The notes below the pieces were generated by a model. That model made no database searches. It had not been told where the DNA came from and saw only the letters and a list, made by a program, of their open reading frames with translations. DNA of 64,000 bases, from contig JAHRHZ010000049.1 in NCBI GenBank assembly GCA_024137785.1, positions 124,001 to 188,000 on the forward strand, in the 5' to 3' direction. This document shows positions 38,801 through 50,596 of the stretch, piece after piece; the stretch's first letter is position 1, and every line of letters begins with the position of its first letter. The translations under genes and the position numbers were made by a program. Source of the stretch: Ginglymostoma cirratum (Eukaryota).

Positions 38801-39999
38801 TGTGACAAGAAACCTAATTCAGGCTGACAAGCACACCTGTATCAGTGTCGACACTTAAAGAATACCCTGTGATCAAGAACAACTTCACTCAAAGGATCAA
38901 GATAATACAGATTAACAGAGGGGAAGTAGAGGGGTCAAACTTGTATTATGCAGGAGTGGATGGTTTGGCATGCGCAAGTAAAACTTTGAGTATCCAGGAA
39001 GGGGTACGGTTTTCATGCAACAAAATTCTAGAAGTGACAATGTCAGTCATCCCAGATGGAAAAATCATTAGTCAGTTTATACACCTATTATTGGGCAACC
39101 ATTCAGAAATGATGGCCAAGATAAAAATTATGGTTCACTGGGATCAGTACTTATGAAAATTGTTCATTGTCAATTTTACCCGAGAATAATCAGTTTTTTG
39201 TTTGCAACATGTACTCGTGGACAGACATACTATGTAGCGACAGCAGCCATGAATTATACCCAGGGGCAGAAATAGCTACATTGAGTCCCTCCAAAGGACC
39301 AGGTCGATAAAAGTGGCCTCAGTCCTGGTTATCGGAGAACAAAGCTTGCCTTAGCCAGTAATAAAAGTGGGAATGAAGGAAAATCTCACGATTCAACACA
39401 CCAAAACAGATCAGGATCTGTGGGCGTGCATTGCCAAAGTGCCACAATTTCCAAACCTAACAGCGAGCTGTGCACAAATTGCGGAAAAGGGAAAGGTGAC
39501 AATGAAATAAACATACTGGAACAAATGCCGATAAGACAAAAGAGGTGTTGCGTGTCCCTGGTTTTTGGAGTTAGTTTTGGAATTGTGGATCCAATGCTCA
39601 AATACACTCATGAGGGAGAATGTTATCGCATGCAGCTGTAATATTGATTTTGTGTATATTGGTAAGTGTAATACTGAACGGGCATCAGCTCAGAAGGTGG
39701 AAAGAATTAAATTCATACAGAAGTTAGAAGTTGAAGCTCTAACGAAACAGAAGGGACAAATGTTATTATAAAAGATTGTATGCATTAAGTAGTCAGACCT
39801 TTTAAACAAAGTAGGTGTATATAAATATATATATATAAAAAGAATATCTATATACAAACGCAGTGTAACACACCCACTGCAGGTCAGCAGCACCCCTCGG
39901 GCGGTGAGCAAAATGAAAGGCAAATGATGATCCTAAGATGAATATCTATGGATCAAGAGGTGGGGTGTGTGTCTTTGTGTGCGCGCGCCAGTTAGAACT

Positions 40000-40770
40000 G
40001 GCTCGATGCAGGTCAATGCACAAAACTGAGTTGATGCACTGTGGTACGAAAGAGCATGGAGAATAGTACGAAAATTGTTACTATTCCAAAGGGTATGCAG
40101 GATCACAGAGACCTGGGTTTATACATGTATAAGTCATTAAAAGGTGGTAGTACAGGTAGCAGATCTGTTACTAAAGCCTGCAGTATTCTAGCCTTTATTA
40201 ATAGAGAAAAGCAGTACAAGAGCAGGGAGATGATGCTTGACTTATACAGAACAACTGAATAGACCTCAGCTTGAGTAGTGCGTGCAGTGCTAGTTGTCAG
40301 ACTATAGGACGGATCTGAATGCATTAGATAGAGTACAGAAGAGGTTTATGAGAATGGTTCCAGGGATAAGAAACATCAGTTATTAAAATGTTTGAAGAAG
40401 TGGGGATTGTTTTCCTTGCACAAGACAAGACTAAAAGGAGATCAGATAGAAGTTTTCTAAATTGAGGGGTGGCTGAGCAGAGTAGATAGGGAGAAAATGT
40501 TCCTGCTTCTAAGGTGACACAGACAAAGTTTTTTGCACAAGAAAAACTTCTTCATACAGACAACAGTTAGGACTGGGAGTGGCAATGCACTGCCTGGAAG
40601 TGTGTGGAGAAGATTCCACTGAACACTTAAAGAGGGCATTGCTTCTACTTAACTAATCATCCAATGTGCAAGGTTATGGGGAGAAACAGAAGTTTGGCTC
40701 TAAGCCCAAATGCTGACATCCTGTGCAGTATGGTGGGCCAAATGGCCTCCTTTTGCATGTAACAATTTTG
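40000..40770 (+). mobile_element. 3' remainder of an old CR1, probably the one split by the LTR element
   Basis: ILAFINR..QYKSREMMLDLY, VQKRFMRMVPG, 3' tail. Confidence 0.75.
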
Positions 40771-40848
40771 TGACTCAGCACCAAAGAGAAATTGTTATTT
40801 CTGAACCGTGTCCCCATCACTACACAGAAACAAGCAGCACTTAGGCCT

Positions 40849-41341
40849 TCAGGGTTTGAGTGAGGATTTGTAGCTCAGGTGCTGGTTGTAGATGTTGGTG
40901 TGTTCACCGAGCTGGGAGGTTTGATGGCAAACGTTTCGTCCCCTTACTCGGTGACATTCTCAGTGCTGTGGAGCCTCATGTGAAGTGCTGTTGTCTTGTG
41001 CCGGCTCGAATTTATATATGGTCTGGTTTTTGCTGCTTCCTGCAAGTGCCGGTCCCAGTTCCGGTCGTGCATTCCCTCGGAGGGAATTCTTGGAGGCTTG
41101 GCATTCATCCGCGGACTCAATCAATAAACACATGGAATTAGACCCGATATGCTGACCATTACAATACACGACCGGAACAAGCACCTACAGGAAGCAGCAA
41201 AAGCCAGACCATATATAAATTCGAGGCAGCACAAGACAACTGCGCTTCACAGGAGGTTCCACAACACTGAGGATGTCACTGAGTAAGGGGGCAAAATGTC
41301 TGTTTTCAAACCTCCCAGCTCGGTGAATACACCAACATCTA
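40849..41341. mobile_element. Second Penelope family: long inverted terminal repeats around a GIY-YIG C-terminal stub
   Basis: Arms about 40885-41069 and 41167-41345; spacer encodes REFLEAWHSSADSINKHMELDPI; duplication cagcactt(a/g)ggcct at 40835-40848 and 41342-41355. Confidence 0.8.
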
Positions 41342-42436
41342 CAGCACTTGGGCCTGTTCGGTTATTAGAGTTAATAACAACTTATATATGTTCCATCTAC
41401 CCCTTGTTTTGGAGCATTTATGTCCTTGCCTAACAAAGTTGATCAAACTTAGTTTTGAAATTTGCAACTGAACTACCTTTAATAACATTCTGGAAGAGAC
41501 ACTTACTGGCATTCATTACCCTTACTGTCAAGCACTCTCCGGTGTACTCAGAATTTTTATTTTAAGATTAGATTATATAACAATTGTAAATCCATCCAGG
41601 GTAGACAAGAATCTGGGGTCAATATGGAATGGTGCTTGTCAAAACATAGCAAGCTAGTGGGAATGGGTAGCTGGCATAAAAGGGGAAATAGGCAGAGAAG
41701 CCTGTGCCCTGACAGCCTGCCAGCCATTTTACAATGGAGACAAACGTCATGCATTTAGCAGCTATGAATGGCATGTCAAAAATGCAAAATAGACTAACCA
41801 GTCAAAAATCTAGAGAAGAAGATAAATCTGAAAAGAAAATGGTCTCAAAATCTGATTCTTGTTTCAAGTGGTGCGATAAGTCAAGGAAAAAGTCTTCAAA
41901 AGTCTTCAAAGTTGACAATAAAGCTTGATAGGATGAAGCTGTTTTCATTTGTAAAAGAAACAAGAGGCCATATATTCAAAGTGATGTGCAAATGAAGCAA
42001 GGGTGATGTGAGAAAAAGAGAGTATGGAATCCCCTGCCTGGAAATACGGTGGAGACACATTCAATTGAAGGCCTTCAAGAAGGGTATTAGATGTTCATTC
42101 ACCAAGTAATGGTATGCAGAGATAAGGGGGAAAGGCAGGAGATTGGCATCAGATAATAGAACTGGTACAGGCATAAGAGGCTGAATAACCTCTTTCCGGC
42201 CTTTCCCTCTGGATTATTGGAACAAAAAAAAAATTCCAAAACATTTCTAGTGCTAAGAACCAAATCAAACAGCTTTTAAATTGTTCAAGTTTCCCTTTTC
42301 TGCTATTTTAGACAAAACCTAACAACACTATATTTCTAAACATGTACAATGCTAACAACATCTATAAAGGCAAGTGTATCCCCAAAAACTTCATCACCAA
42401 GTATGGATGTTGGACAATATTTGAAAATCTACTCAC

Positions 42437-42510
42437 TCAAATCCTGCTATTGGTTCAATGTAAACGTTGATCTGAACTCGTTTTGCTGCCCTCACGAGGA
42501 GTCCTGTAAG
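42437..42510 (-). CDS. SCARB2: SCARB2 exon 9
   Basis: 74 nt, tttag|...|gtgagt; LTGLLVRAAKRVQINVYIEPIAGF. Confidence 0.95.
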
Positions 42511-44559
42511 CTAAACATTACAACAAGTCAGCACAGATGGATATTCACTTGTGCGTTGTTATAGAAAATCAAGTTATTTTCTTGTAGGTGTTCACCATCC
42601 TGTAATAAACCTCTTTCAACTCTTTGCACCCATGCACATCATTTTATAAGTGAACAATTCTCACTGTCTGCTTACATTCTACATACTTCACCTTAAAGCC
42701 ACCCAACATTAGGTGGCACTCTGACTATTCACACATATTTGCCTATCATTAACTGTTGTCACATTTTAAATTTTCAAATTCAAAAATAAGATGTCTTTAC
42801 GTCACATTTACTTCTCCCACTTCCTTAATTTCAACCTCCCTTCCCACTCTCATTTGACGGAAAACCGCATTGACACGCTAACCGTGCAAAGGCCCTGCCC
42901 TACAGCCCTCTCTTCAGCCCCAGATTTCCCCGTTTGGTATTGTTTCCACTCAAAGTATTTTCCCAGATAATGATTGCTGGCGTGTGATATTGTGACTGGT
43001 GACATTTGCCACTTCTACTAGTATGGGGTATGGATTATTTGAGGCAACTCACTGCCTTCTTTGCTGTGTCTTGGGTCTATCAAAGAATTAGGGATACACT
43101 GTTGCAGTGTGAAGGCACTGTTTTTAAAGCTCAGAAAGATTACTATATGATAGCAAAAGGTACTATATCTGGTCAGGCATAATTAATAGGATCTTGTGAA
43201 GTGAGTACAGATACACTGGTTGCCTCCAAAAGCTAGGATAGAACCTATTGTCTCCACCCACAGACAGAGATATTGATAGAATGGTTGGAGTTAACGTAAC
43301 AAACATTAAGCCTTGTAGAACCACTGATGTTAGGAAGAAAGGGTGTTGTCTAAAGCAGAAATTTCAGTCACAATGGAAGTTGAATCCACAATAACTTGGG
43401 AAAAACGAGAAAAACGCAAACAATTTTTAAAAATGACTATTTGGTGTGCCATAGGCATCTGTTGTGTTTCAGTGGCATCAGTCACCACCTTAATCAGTTT
43501 GTTATATTGTTATAAACTAGTTACTTATTTACATATTTAAATTCATCATAGATGTGAAGCTGTATTTGGGTAAATCCAAATTAAGGCTAATTAAAATTGG
43601 AGCACAATTTCCTTCCTTGTACCAAACATTTACATGGTTAATTTTGCACAGTTTGTCTTTAAGAGTGAGGTCTGTTATTGAACAGTATTGCTGTGACTAT
43701 TCCCAGACCCAGTCAGCTAATTTGTAGATCCAGATTTTCACTGGATCAATGATTCTTTTGTTGGAATACAGCATTAGCTTTTACAGCAGAAACATGAGAA
43801 GTCAAGGTGCACATCAGTCTCCAACAACAAGAACTACAAAAGCATCAGATACAAAGCATGTTTGTAGCTAGTAGTGATAGTTAACAACGTCATAGCTTAA
43901 TAACACTGGAGACTTAGAACAGACTGTCTGCAGAGTGTTTTAATTCTAGTGACCCATACTATCAATGGCACTTCATTCCCATCAACAGAAATCATCCAAC
44001 TAACAGAAAACTGTATTAGCAGATAGAATTTGTCTATTGCTGAAGTATGCATTTCAGGTTTAACTTGTTAATATTAGTCTTCTCCAAAATCCAAAAACAT
44101 TGCCACTTTAGAAGAATATTCAAACAGCCAGATCTATCTTTATTTTATCCAGTACAATGCACGACGTTGGCACTGGAATCCAAATGCTATCCTCTTGTTA
44201 TCTGACAGAAAAACATTACAATGAGTACTATCTAGATCTCGAATTAGGCTTACCCATAGACAGTTATCATTATGTCCTTTATGCAAAGGTTGAGAGCAGG
44301 CCAATTCAAACTGTGCAGTACTTGTAAGGCTGCAATTGTTTGTTGGATTAGTGTGTGTTCTGCCTTTAACAATCTCAGGATACTTCCTTTGATCTTCACA
44401 AGTGATGATTGTTGTTTTGGCAGAAGCCATTGGACAGTTGAGCACAATACATAAAATCGTCCACGGCCTTTCAGAGTCACTGTCTGTAACAAAACCACTC
44501 ATCGGCAGAGACTCAACAACTTAATGCTGAACAAGCTTCCCACACAGCAATAAAAGGAG

Positions 44560-45260
44560 CTGGAATAGAGCTACTGGCCTGCTTACATTCTAATCGCGCC
44601 CTTTTGGTGGCTGCCCCAAGCTTTAGTGCATTCCTTAGCATGTAGTTCTGGACCTTACAATGTGCCAGACTGTAACACTCAGTCAAGGACAACAATTTAC
44701 ACTGGAAAACCCGAAAGTTTCAGGATGACAATCCTCCAGGCATAGTTGACCGTTGTCTTGGTGCACATCCCTGGGAGTAGCTTGTACAGCACAGAGTCCT
44801 GTACCACAAAGCTGCTTGGGGTATATCATGACAAAAACTGCTAAAAGGCAGACATGCAATTTTTTAACCACTGCAGCTGGCTCAAGGGCACTTTATGTGT
44901 CGCAGAAGCATCGCACAAAATTAAACAAAACAAAAATCAGGCAGAGGGCACCCTTCTCACCACTAGCCAAGTTTGTTTGAAAGTTCTGGTGAAGAAGCAT
45001 TCTGCCAAATGTCAGAGAGTCCAGAACCCAAAGGTAGGGTCAGCTGTTTCGATTACCCCAGGGCATCAAGGACATTACATATGACAACTGCCTGATGAAG
45101 CTGTGGTCAAAAAGTGTTTCTCTGTACAATTTTTTCCACAACAGATTAAATGGTACAGTCCAACTGCTTGGACTGCAAGGTGGCCAGATCCAGCCTATGA
45201 CACCAGGGCAGGTAGAAGGTTAGTACATAGTGACACTTGGTGTTTATGAATGAGGGTCCA
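44560..45260 (-). mobile_element. Decayed L1/Tx1-like LINE 3' region
   Basis: Minus strand NTKCHYVLTFYL and WQNASSPELSN...LAS/WLVVR-like remnants; family call from recall. Confidence 0.5.
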
Positions 45261-45489
45261 AGGCAGCCGCTAACGGCAAGTATTCTTTGGTCTTCTAAAG
45301 TAGAGAAGACTGATGGCAGCACATAACTGATTTTCAGTAAATCACAAGAGTCTATTGTTCAACTCACTCTGGTGCCAAATAACAGAAGGTGTGCTTCAGT
45401 AAATTGTCACCAATTCGGAATCCAAGGGAAGCATTAACTGACATCCAATCCCTCTCGAGATGCAACATTTGACTTGAACAACATGTTTA

Positions 45490-45780
45490 CAACTTGTACA
45501 TTTAATAAATGGTCATCCCAAGCCTGCATGTTGTCCAGATCTTGTTGAGTTTGCGCATGGACTGTTTCAGTATCTGAGGAGTCGCGAATGGTGCTGAACG
45601 TTGTGCAGTCATCGGCAAACATCTGCAATTCTGACCTCATGATGGAGAGAAAGTCACTGATGAAGCAGCTGAAGATGGTTTTTCTAGCACACTATCCTGA
45701 GGAACCCTACGGAGGACGACCTGGAGCTGAGATGACTGATGGCTGATGGCTCTAACTACTGGAGAGTTTTCCCCGATTCC
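45490..45780 (-). mobile_element. RT fragment of the same LINE family as 5144-7740
   Basis: MRSELQMFADDCTTFSTIRDSSDTETVHAQTQQDLDNMQAW. Confidence 0.8.
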
Positions 45781-45799
45781 CACCTGGGTGTTGATAGTA

Positions 45800-46470
45800 A
45801 CAACCAAGTGCACGATTCACAAAAGATTAGTACACAGGTACAGCAATCATTAGGAATATTAATAGATATTATCATTTATCAAAAGAAAATTAAAAAATAG
45901 GGAGGTTATGCTTCAGTTATATAGGGCACTGGCTATACTGCATTTGAAGAATTGCATACAGTATTGGTCACCTTACTCACGGATGGATGTAATTCTGTTA
46001 GTAGCTGTTCAGAGAAGGCTTACCAGACTAATACCCGAAATGGGTGAATTTTCTTAGGAAAAATGGCTGGGCTTGTATCTGCTGGAGTTTGGAACAGTAA
46101 GAGCAATTTCATTGAAACAGGAAGGGTATCGACAGGTAGATGAGGAGAGTTATCGGAAAATATAGAATTAGGGGTAACTGTTTAAAAAAAAAAAGGAACT
46201 ACCCATTTAAAACAGACAAGACAAAGTTTTTACTGTTATAGCATCTGGAGGCTTTGATACTCTGCTTCCATCACTTGTTTGGGGAAGAGTGTCTTTGAAT
46301 AATTTAGTGCAGAGGTAGAGTTTTGTTAAGCAAGGTGCAAAAAGTGGGGTGATGGTGAGAAGTTGTCATGGGTAGGCACAAATGCAGATTAGTGCTTACA
46401 ATCAGACCAATCACAATCTTGTTAAGTGACAGCACAGACTCAAGGGACTGAATGGCCTACTCCTGCACAT
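45800..46470 (+). mobile_element. Old CR1 3' end
   Basis: VMLQLYRAL, VQRRLTRLIP, 3' tail gggactgaatggcctactcctg. Confidence 0.7.
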
Positions 46471-46682
46471 TGTTCAAATTTCATGCCTCTCTTTGAAAGT
46501 TACAATATACACATTGTGCACTATATACACAAAGCAAATTGTCAGTGAGCAATAATAGGCTACTGAGTTGGATGATCAGAACGAATACCACAGCAGGCTT
46601 GAAGGGCCAATGGCACACTCCAGCTCCTTTTTAAACATGTTCCTATGTCCTATTTTTCATGAAGTTAACTACATTTACTTAC

Positions 46683-46801
46683 AGAATTTATATCCAGAAA
46701 CGTTTCATGGTTCGCCTTGTCTGGGTGCATTCCCTCAATGTCATCAATATATTTTTGATCTGCCTGGTAAAAGTGTGGAGATGAAAGGACGATAGGAGCC
46801 C
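46683..46801 (-). CDS. SCARB2: SCARB2 exon 8
   Basis: 119 nt, aatag|...|gtaagt; GAPIVLSSPHFYQADQKYIDDIEGMHPDKANHETFLDINS. Confidence 0.96.
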
Positions 46802-47534
46802 CTATTGTAGTAAAGGAGAGAAAAATAAAATGTTCATTGATTGAGTGTCCCTAAATGGTATTATACTTTGTAAATAAGGTGTTTTTTGGTTCAGTGAAAC
46901 TACTGCATATTTAATGGCTGCACAAGTTAAACTCACACCTTTAGTCAAATTAAAAGAGGAAGGTTCGATTAATTGATCGCATATGGTGAGCTGCCATAGA
47001 ACCGAATGAAGTTAGGTATCCAGGAACTAAGAAACATACACCCCCAATACAAGCAGTGACTTGATTAACAGGCTGGCCCAGTTGTAGCATGCTTACCTAA
47101 GTCATCTGAGACTATTTAAAGTGTTAAGTACACTCAGTCAATTTGCAAAAATCCACTGACTTTTCAGTGGGACTTTGCATAAGAAGTTTCCATGTTTTAT
47201 GAACTCAATGGTCAAAGGTGAGTTCTGTAAGTACAATCACAGGTTGCATGGCCTGCCAGTTCAAACTCCACACGGTCACACTCTGACCTACTATCGGTAA
47301 CATTACAAGAAGTCATTATAAACGCTTCAGAGGCGACAAACCTTAAAACACTGGAACTGTAACATTGGTCTTCTTCAGGTACCATTCTCAATTATTTGCC
47401 ATCATTTAACCATGGCTTACGCCACCATTGTCCTAAGGGACTGGATTAAGAAGTAGGCTCTAAACCTACCGCAGCAAGAATAGGGATCAAACCCTGCACC
47501 GTTGGCATCATGCTCAACCACATCTTAGCTATGG

Positions 47535-50280
47535 CGTGGTGAGCATCACGGAGGCATGGCTGCAAGGGGATCAGGATTGGGAGCTGAATATCCAAGGATA
47601 CACATCTTATCAAAAAGATAGACAGGTGGGCAGAGGGAGTGGGTTGCCTTATTAGTAAGAAATGAAATTAAATCAACAGTAGGAAACAAAGTAGGGTCAG
47701 ATGGTGTAGAATCTGTGTGGGTAGAGTTGAGGAACCGCAGGAGGCTTTAAAAAAACATAGTTGGAATTATGTACAGGCCTCCAAATAGCAGTCAGGAGCT
47801 GGGGCGCAAGATACATCAGGAGACAGAAAGGTGAAGTCACAGTGATCACGGGAGATTTCAATATGCAGGTGGACTGGGAAAATCAGATTAGTAGTGGATT
47901 GCAAGAAAAGGAATTTGTGCAATGTCTATGAGATGGCTTTTTGGAGCAGCTTGTGGAGACCACTAGGGAACGTGCAATTCTGGATATAGTGTTATGCAAT
48001 GAGGCAGACTTGATAAGGGGGCTGAAGGTGAAAGAACCCTTAGGAGGCAGTGATCATAAGATTTTACTCTGCAATTTGAGAGGGAGACGATAGAATCAGA
48101 GGTAACGGTATTACAGCTGAATAAAGGCAACTACAGGAGGTATGAGGGAGGAATCAGGCAGAATTGACTGGGAGAGGAGCCTAGCAGGAAAGACAGTGGG
48201 ACAGCAAAGGCAGGAGTTTCTGGGAGTAATTCAGGAGACGCAGCAAAAATTCATCCCTAGGAAAAAGAAGCATGGTACAGGGAGGATGAGGCAACCATGG
48301 CTGACTAGGGAAGTCAGGGATAGCATAAAAGCAAAAGAGAAAGCATATAATGTGGCGAAGGGGAGTGGGAAACCAGGGGAGTGGGAAGCTTAAAAAGACC
48401 AACAAGAGGGCAACAAAGGAAATAAAGGAGGGAGAAGATTAAATGAGGGTAAGCTAGCTAGTAATATAAAGGAGAACTGTAAGGCTTTCTTTAGATATAT
48501 AAAGGGCAAAAGAGATGTAAAAGTGGACACTGGATTGCTGGAAATGACACGGGAGAGATAGTAGTGGGGAACAAGGAAGTGATTGAGGAACTGAATAATT
48601 AATTTGCATCAGTCTTCACGGTGGAACACACGGGTAATATTCCAAAAAAATTCGAGAGTGTCGGGGGCAGAGCTGAGTATGGTGGCCATCACCAAGGAGA
48701 AGATGCTAGTAAAACTGATTGGCTTGAAGGTGGATAAATAACCAGGATCAGATGGACTACACCTCAGAGTTCTGAAGGAGAGAGCTGAAGAGATAGTGGA
48801 GGTGTTAGTGGTAATCTTTCAGAAATCGCTAGAGTCAGGGAGGGTCCCAGAGGACTGGAAAATCACTAACGTGACACCTCTGTTTAAAAAAAGGAAGTAA
48901 GGCAAAAGACTGAAAATTACAGGCCGATTAGCCTAACTTTGGTTGTGGGTAAGATTTTAGAGTCCATCGTGAAAGATGAGATTTCTGAATACTTGGAAAT
49001 GCATGGTAAAATAGGACAAAGTCAGCATGGCTTCATTAACAGGAGGTCATGCCTGACAAATCTGTTAGAATTCTTTGAGGAAGTAACGAGCTGGTTAGAC
49101 CAAGGAAAGCCAACGGATGTTATCTACCTGGACTTCAAGAAGGCCTTTTGACAAGGTGCTGCACAGGAGACTGCTGAGTAAGATAAGGGCACATGGTGTT
49201 AGAGGCAAGGTGCTAGCATGGATAGAAGATTGGCTGTCTGGCAGAAAGCAGAGAGTAGGGTTAAAGGGTCTTTATCAGGATGGCAGCCGGTGACAAGTGG
49301 TGTTCCACAAGGATCAGTGTTGGGACCACAACTTTTCGCTTTATACATTAATGACCTAGATGAAGGAACTGAGGGTATTCTGGCTAAGTTTGCAGTCGAT
49401 ACAAAGATAGGTAGAGGGACAGGTAATATTGTGGATGCGGGGAGGCTGCAGAAGGATTGGGACAGGTTAGGAGAGTGGGCAAAGAAGTCGCAGATGGAGT
49501 ACAATGTGGGAAAGTGTGAGATCATGCACTTTGGAAGAATAGAAGCATGGACTATTTTCTAAATGGGGAGAACATTCAGAAATCTTTAGTGCAAAGAGAC
49601 TTGGGAGTTCTCGTCCAGGATTTTCTCAAGGTAAACTTGCAAATTGAGTCAGTAGTTAGGAAGGCAAATGCATGGAATGGCATTTCTTTTGAGAGGACTT
49701 GAATATAAAAGCAGGGATGTACTTCTGAGGCTCTGGTCAGGCCACAATTGGAGTATTGTGCACATTTTTGGGCCCCATATCTTGGCAAAGATGTACTGGC
49801 CCTGGGTCAGTTTCAGAGGAGGTATACAAGAACGGTCCCAGGAATGAAAAACTTAACATATGAGGAATGTTTGAGGACTCTGGGTCTCTACTTGATAGAA
49901 GGATGAGGGGGATCTGACTGAGACTTCGGAATACTGAATGGCCTGGACAGAGTGGATGTTGGGAAGATGTTTCCATTGGTAGGAGAGACTAGGACCCGAC
50001 GGCACAGCCTTAGAGTAAAGGGAAGACCTTTCAGAACGGAGATTAAGAGAAACTTCTTCAGCCAGAGAGTGGTGAATCTATGGAATTCACTGCCACAGAA
50101 GGCTGTAGAGGCCAGGTCATTGAGTATATTTAAGATGGAGATGGATAGGTTCTTGATTGTCAAGGGTTATGGGGAGAAAGCCGGAGAATGGGGTTGAGAA
50201 ACTTATCAGCCATGACTGAATGGCAGAGCAGAATCGATGGGCTGAATGGCCTAATTTCTGCTCCTATGTCTTATGGTCTG
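47535..50280 (+). mobile_element. Near full-length CR1 ORF2 (APE+RT) with 3' tail, frameshifted
   Basis: QHGF..RSCLTNLLEFF, YLDFKKAF, SGVPQGSVLGP, RNFFSQRVVNLWNSLP, tcttatg tail. Confidence 0.95.
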
Positions 50281-50417
50281 TCTAGGCAGTGGAGCTAACC
50301 AACTCATTTTGTAATTCTAGTCCATAAAATCTCTAACTTTATCTTGAAGGATCCAAACCCTCCAAACAGAACCCTGTTCTTCCAACATCAGTCAATACGT
50401 GACTTTAAGCCAGTTAC

Positions 50418-50596
50418 CTTGCTTGCACGTGCTCACATTCAATAGACCTGAACCCAGGCAGTTTCCAGCTGGAACACAGAAACCAGCATTTTCTGGGTTC
50501 ACTGTGAAATTTGCAAAAATCTCACTTGGAGGCACAAATCGCAAAACTGGTATCCCTTTGACACTAAGTTCCTGCTCAAAATTGGCATAGAGGGAC
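50418..50596 (-). CDS. SCARB2: SCARB2 exon 7
   Basis: 179 nt, aacag|...|gtaact; SLYANFEQELSVKGIPVLRFVPPSEIFANFTVNPENAGFCVPAGNCLGSGLLNVSTCKQ. Confidence 0.96.

Larger units (their letters stand above)
32909..39998 (+). mobile_element. Degenerate endogenous retrovirus-like LTR element (gag, PR, RT, RNase H, 3' env/accessory-like region; integrase not seen)
   Basis: Protease FLCDTGGS near 36470; RT FTVLDINNGFWSIPL..YKFAFTFQG..W..LPQGFNNS and QYVND at 37200-37415; RNase H/tether LRPVAYASR...RIARWTL at 37890-38105; purine tract aagaggtgggg near 39955; many stops and frameshifts. Confidence 0.85.
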
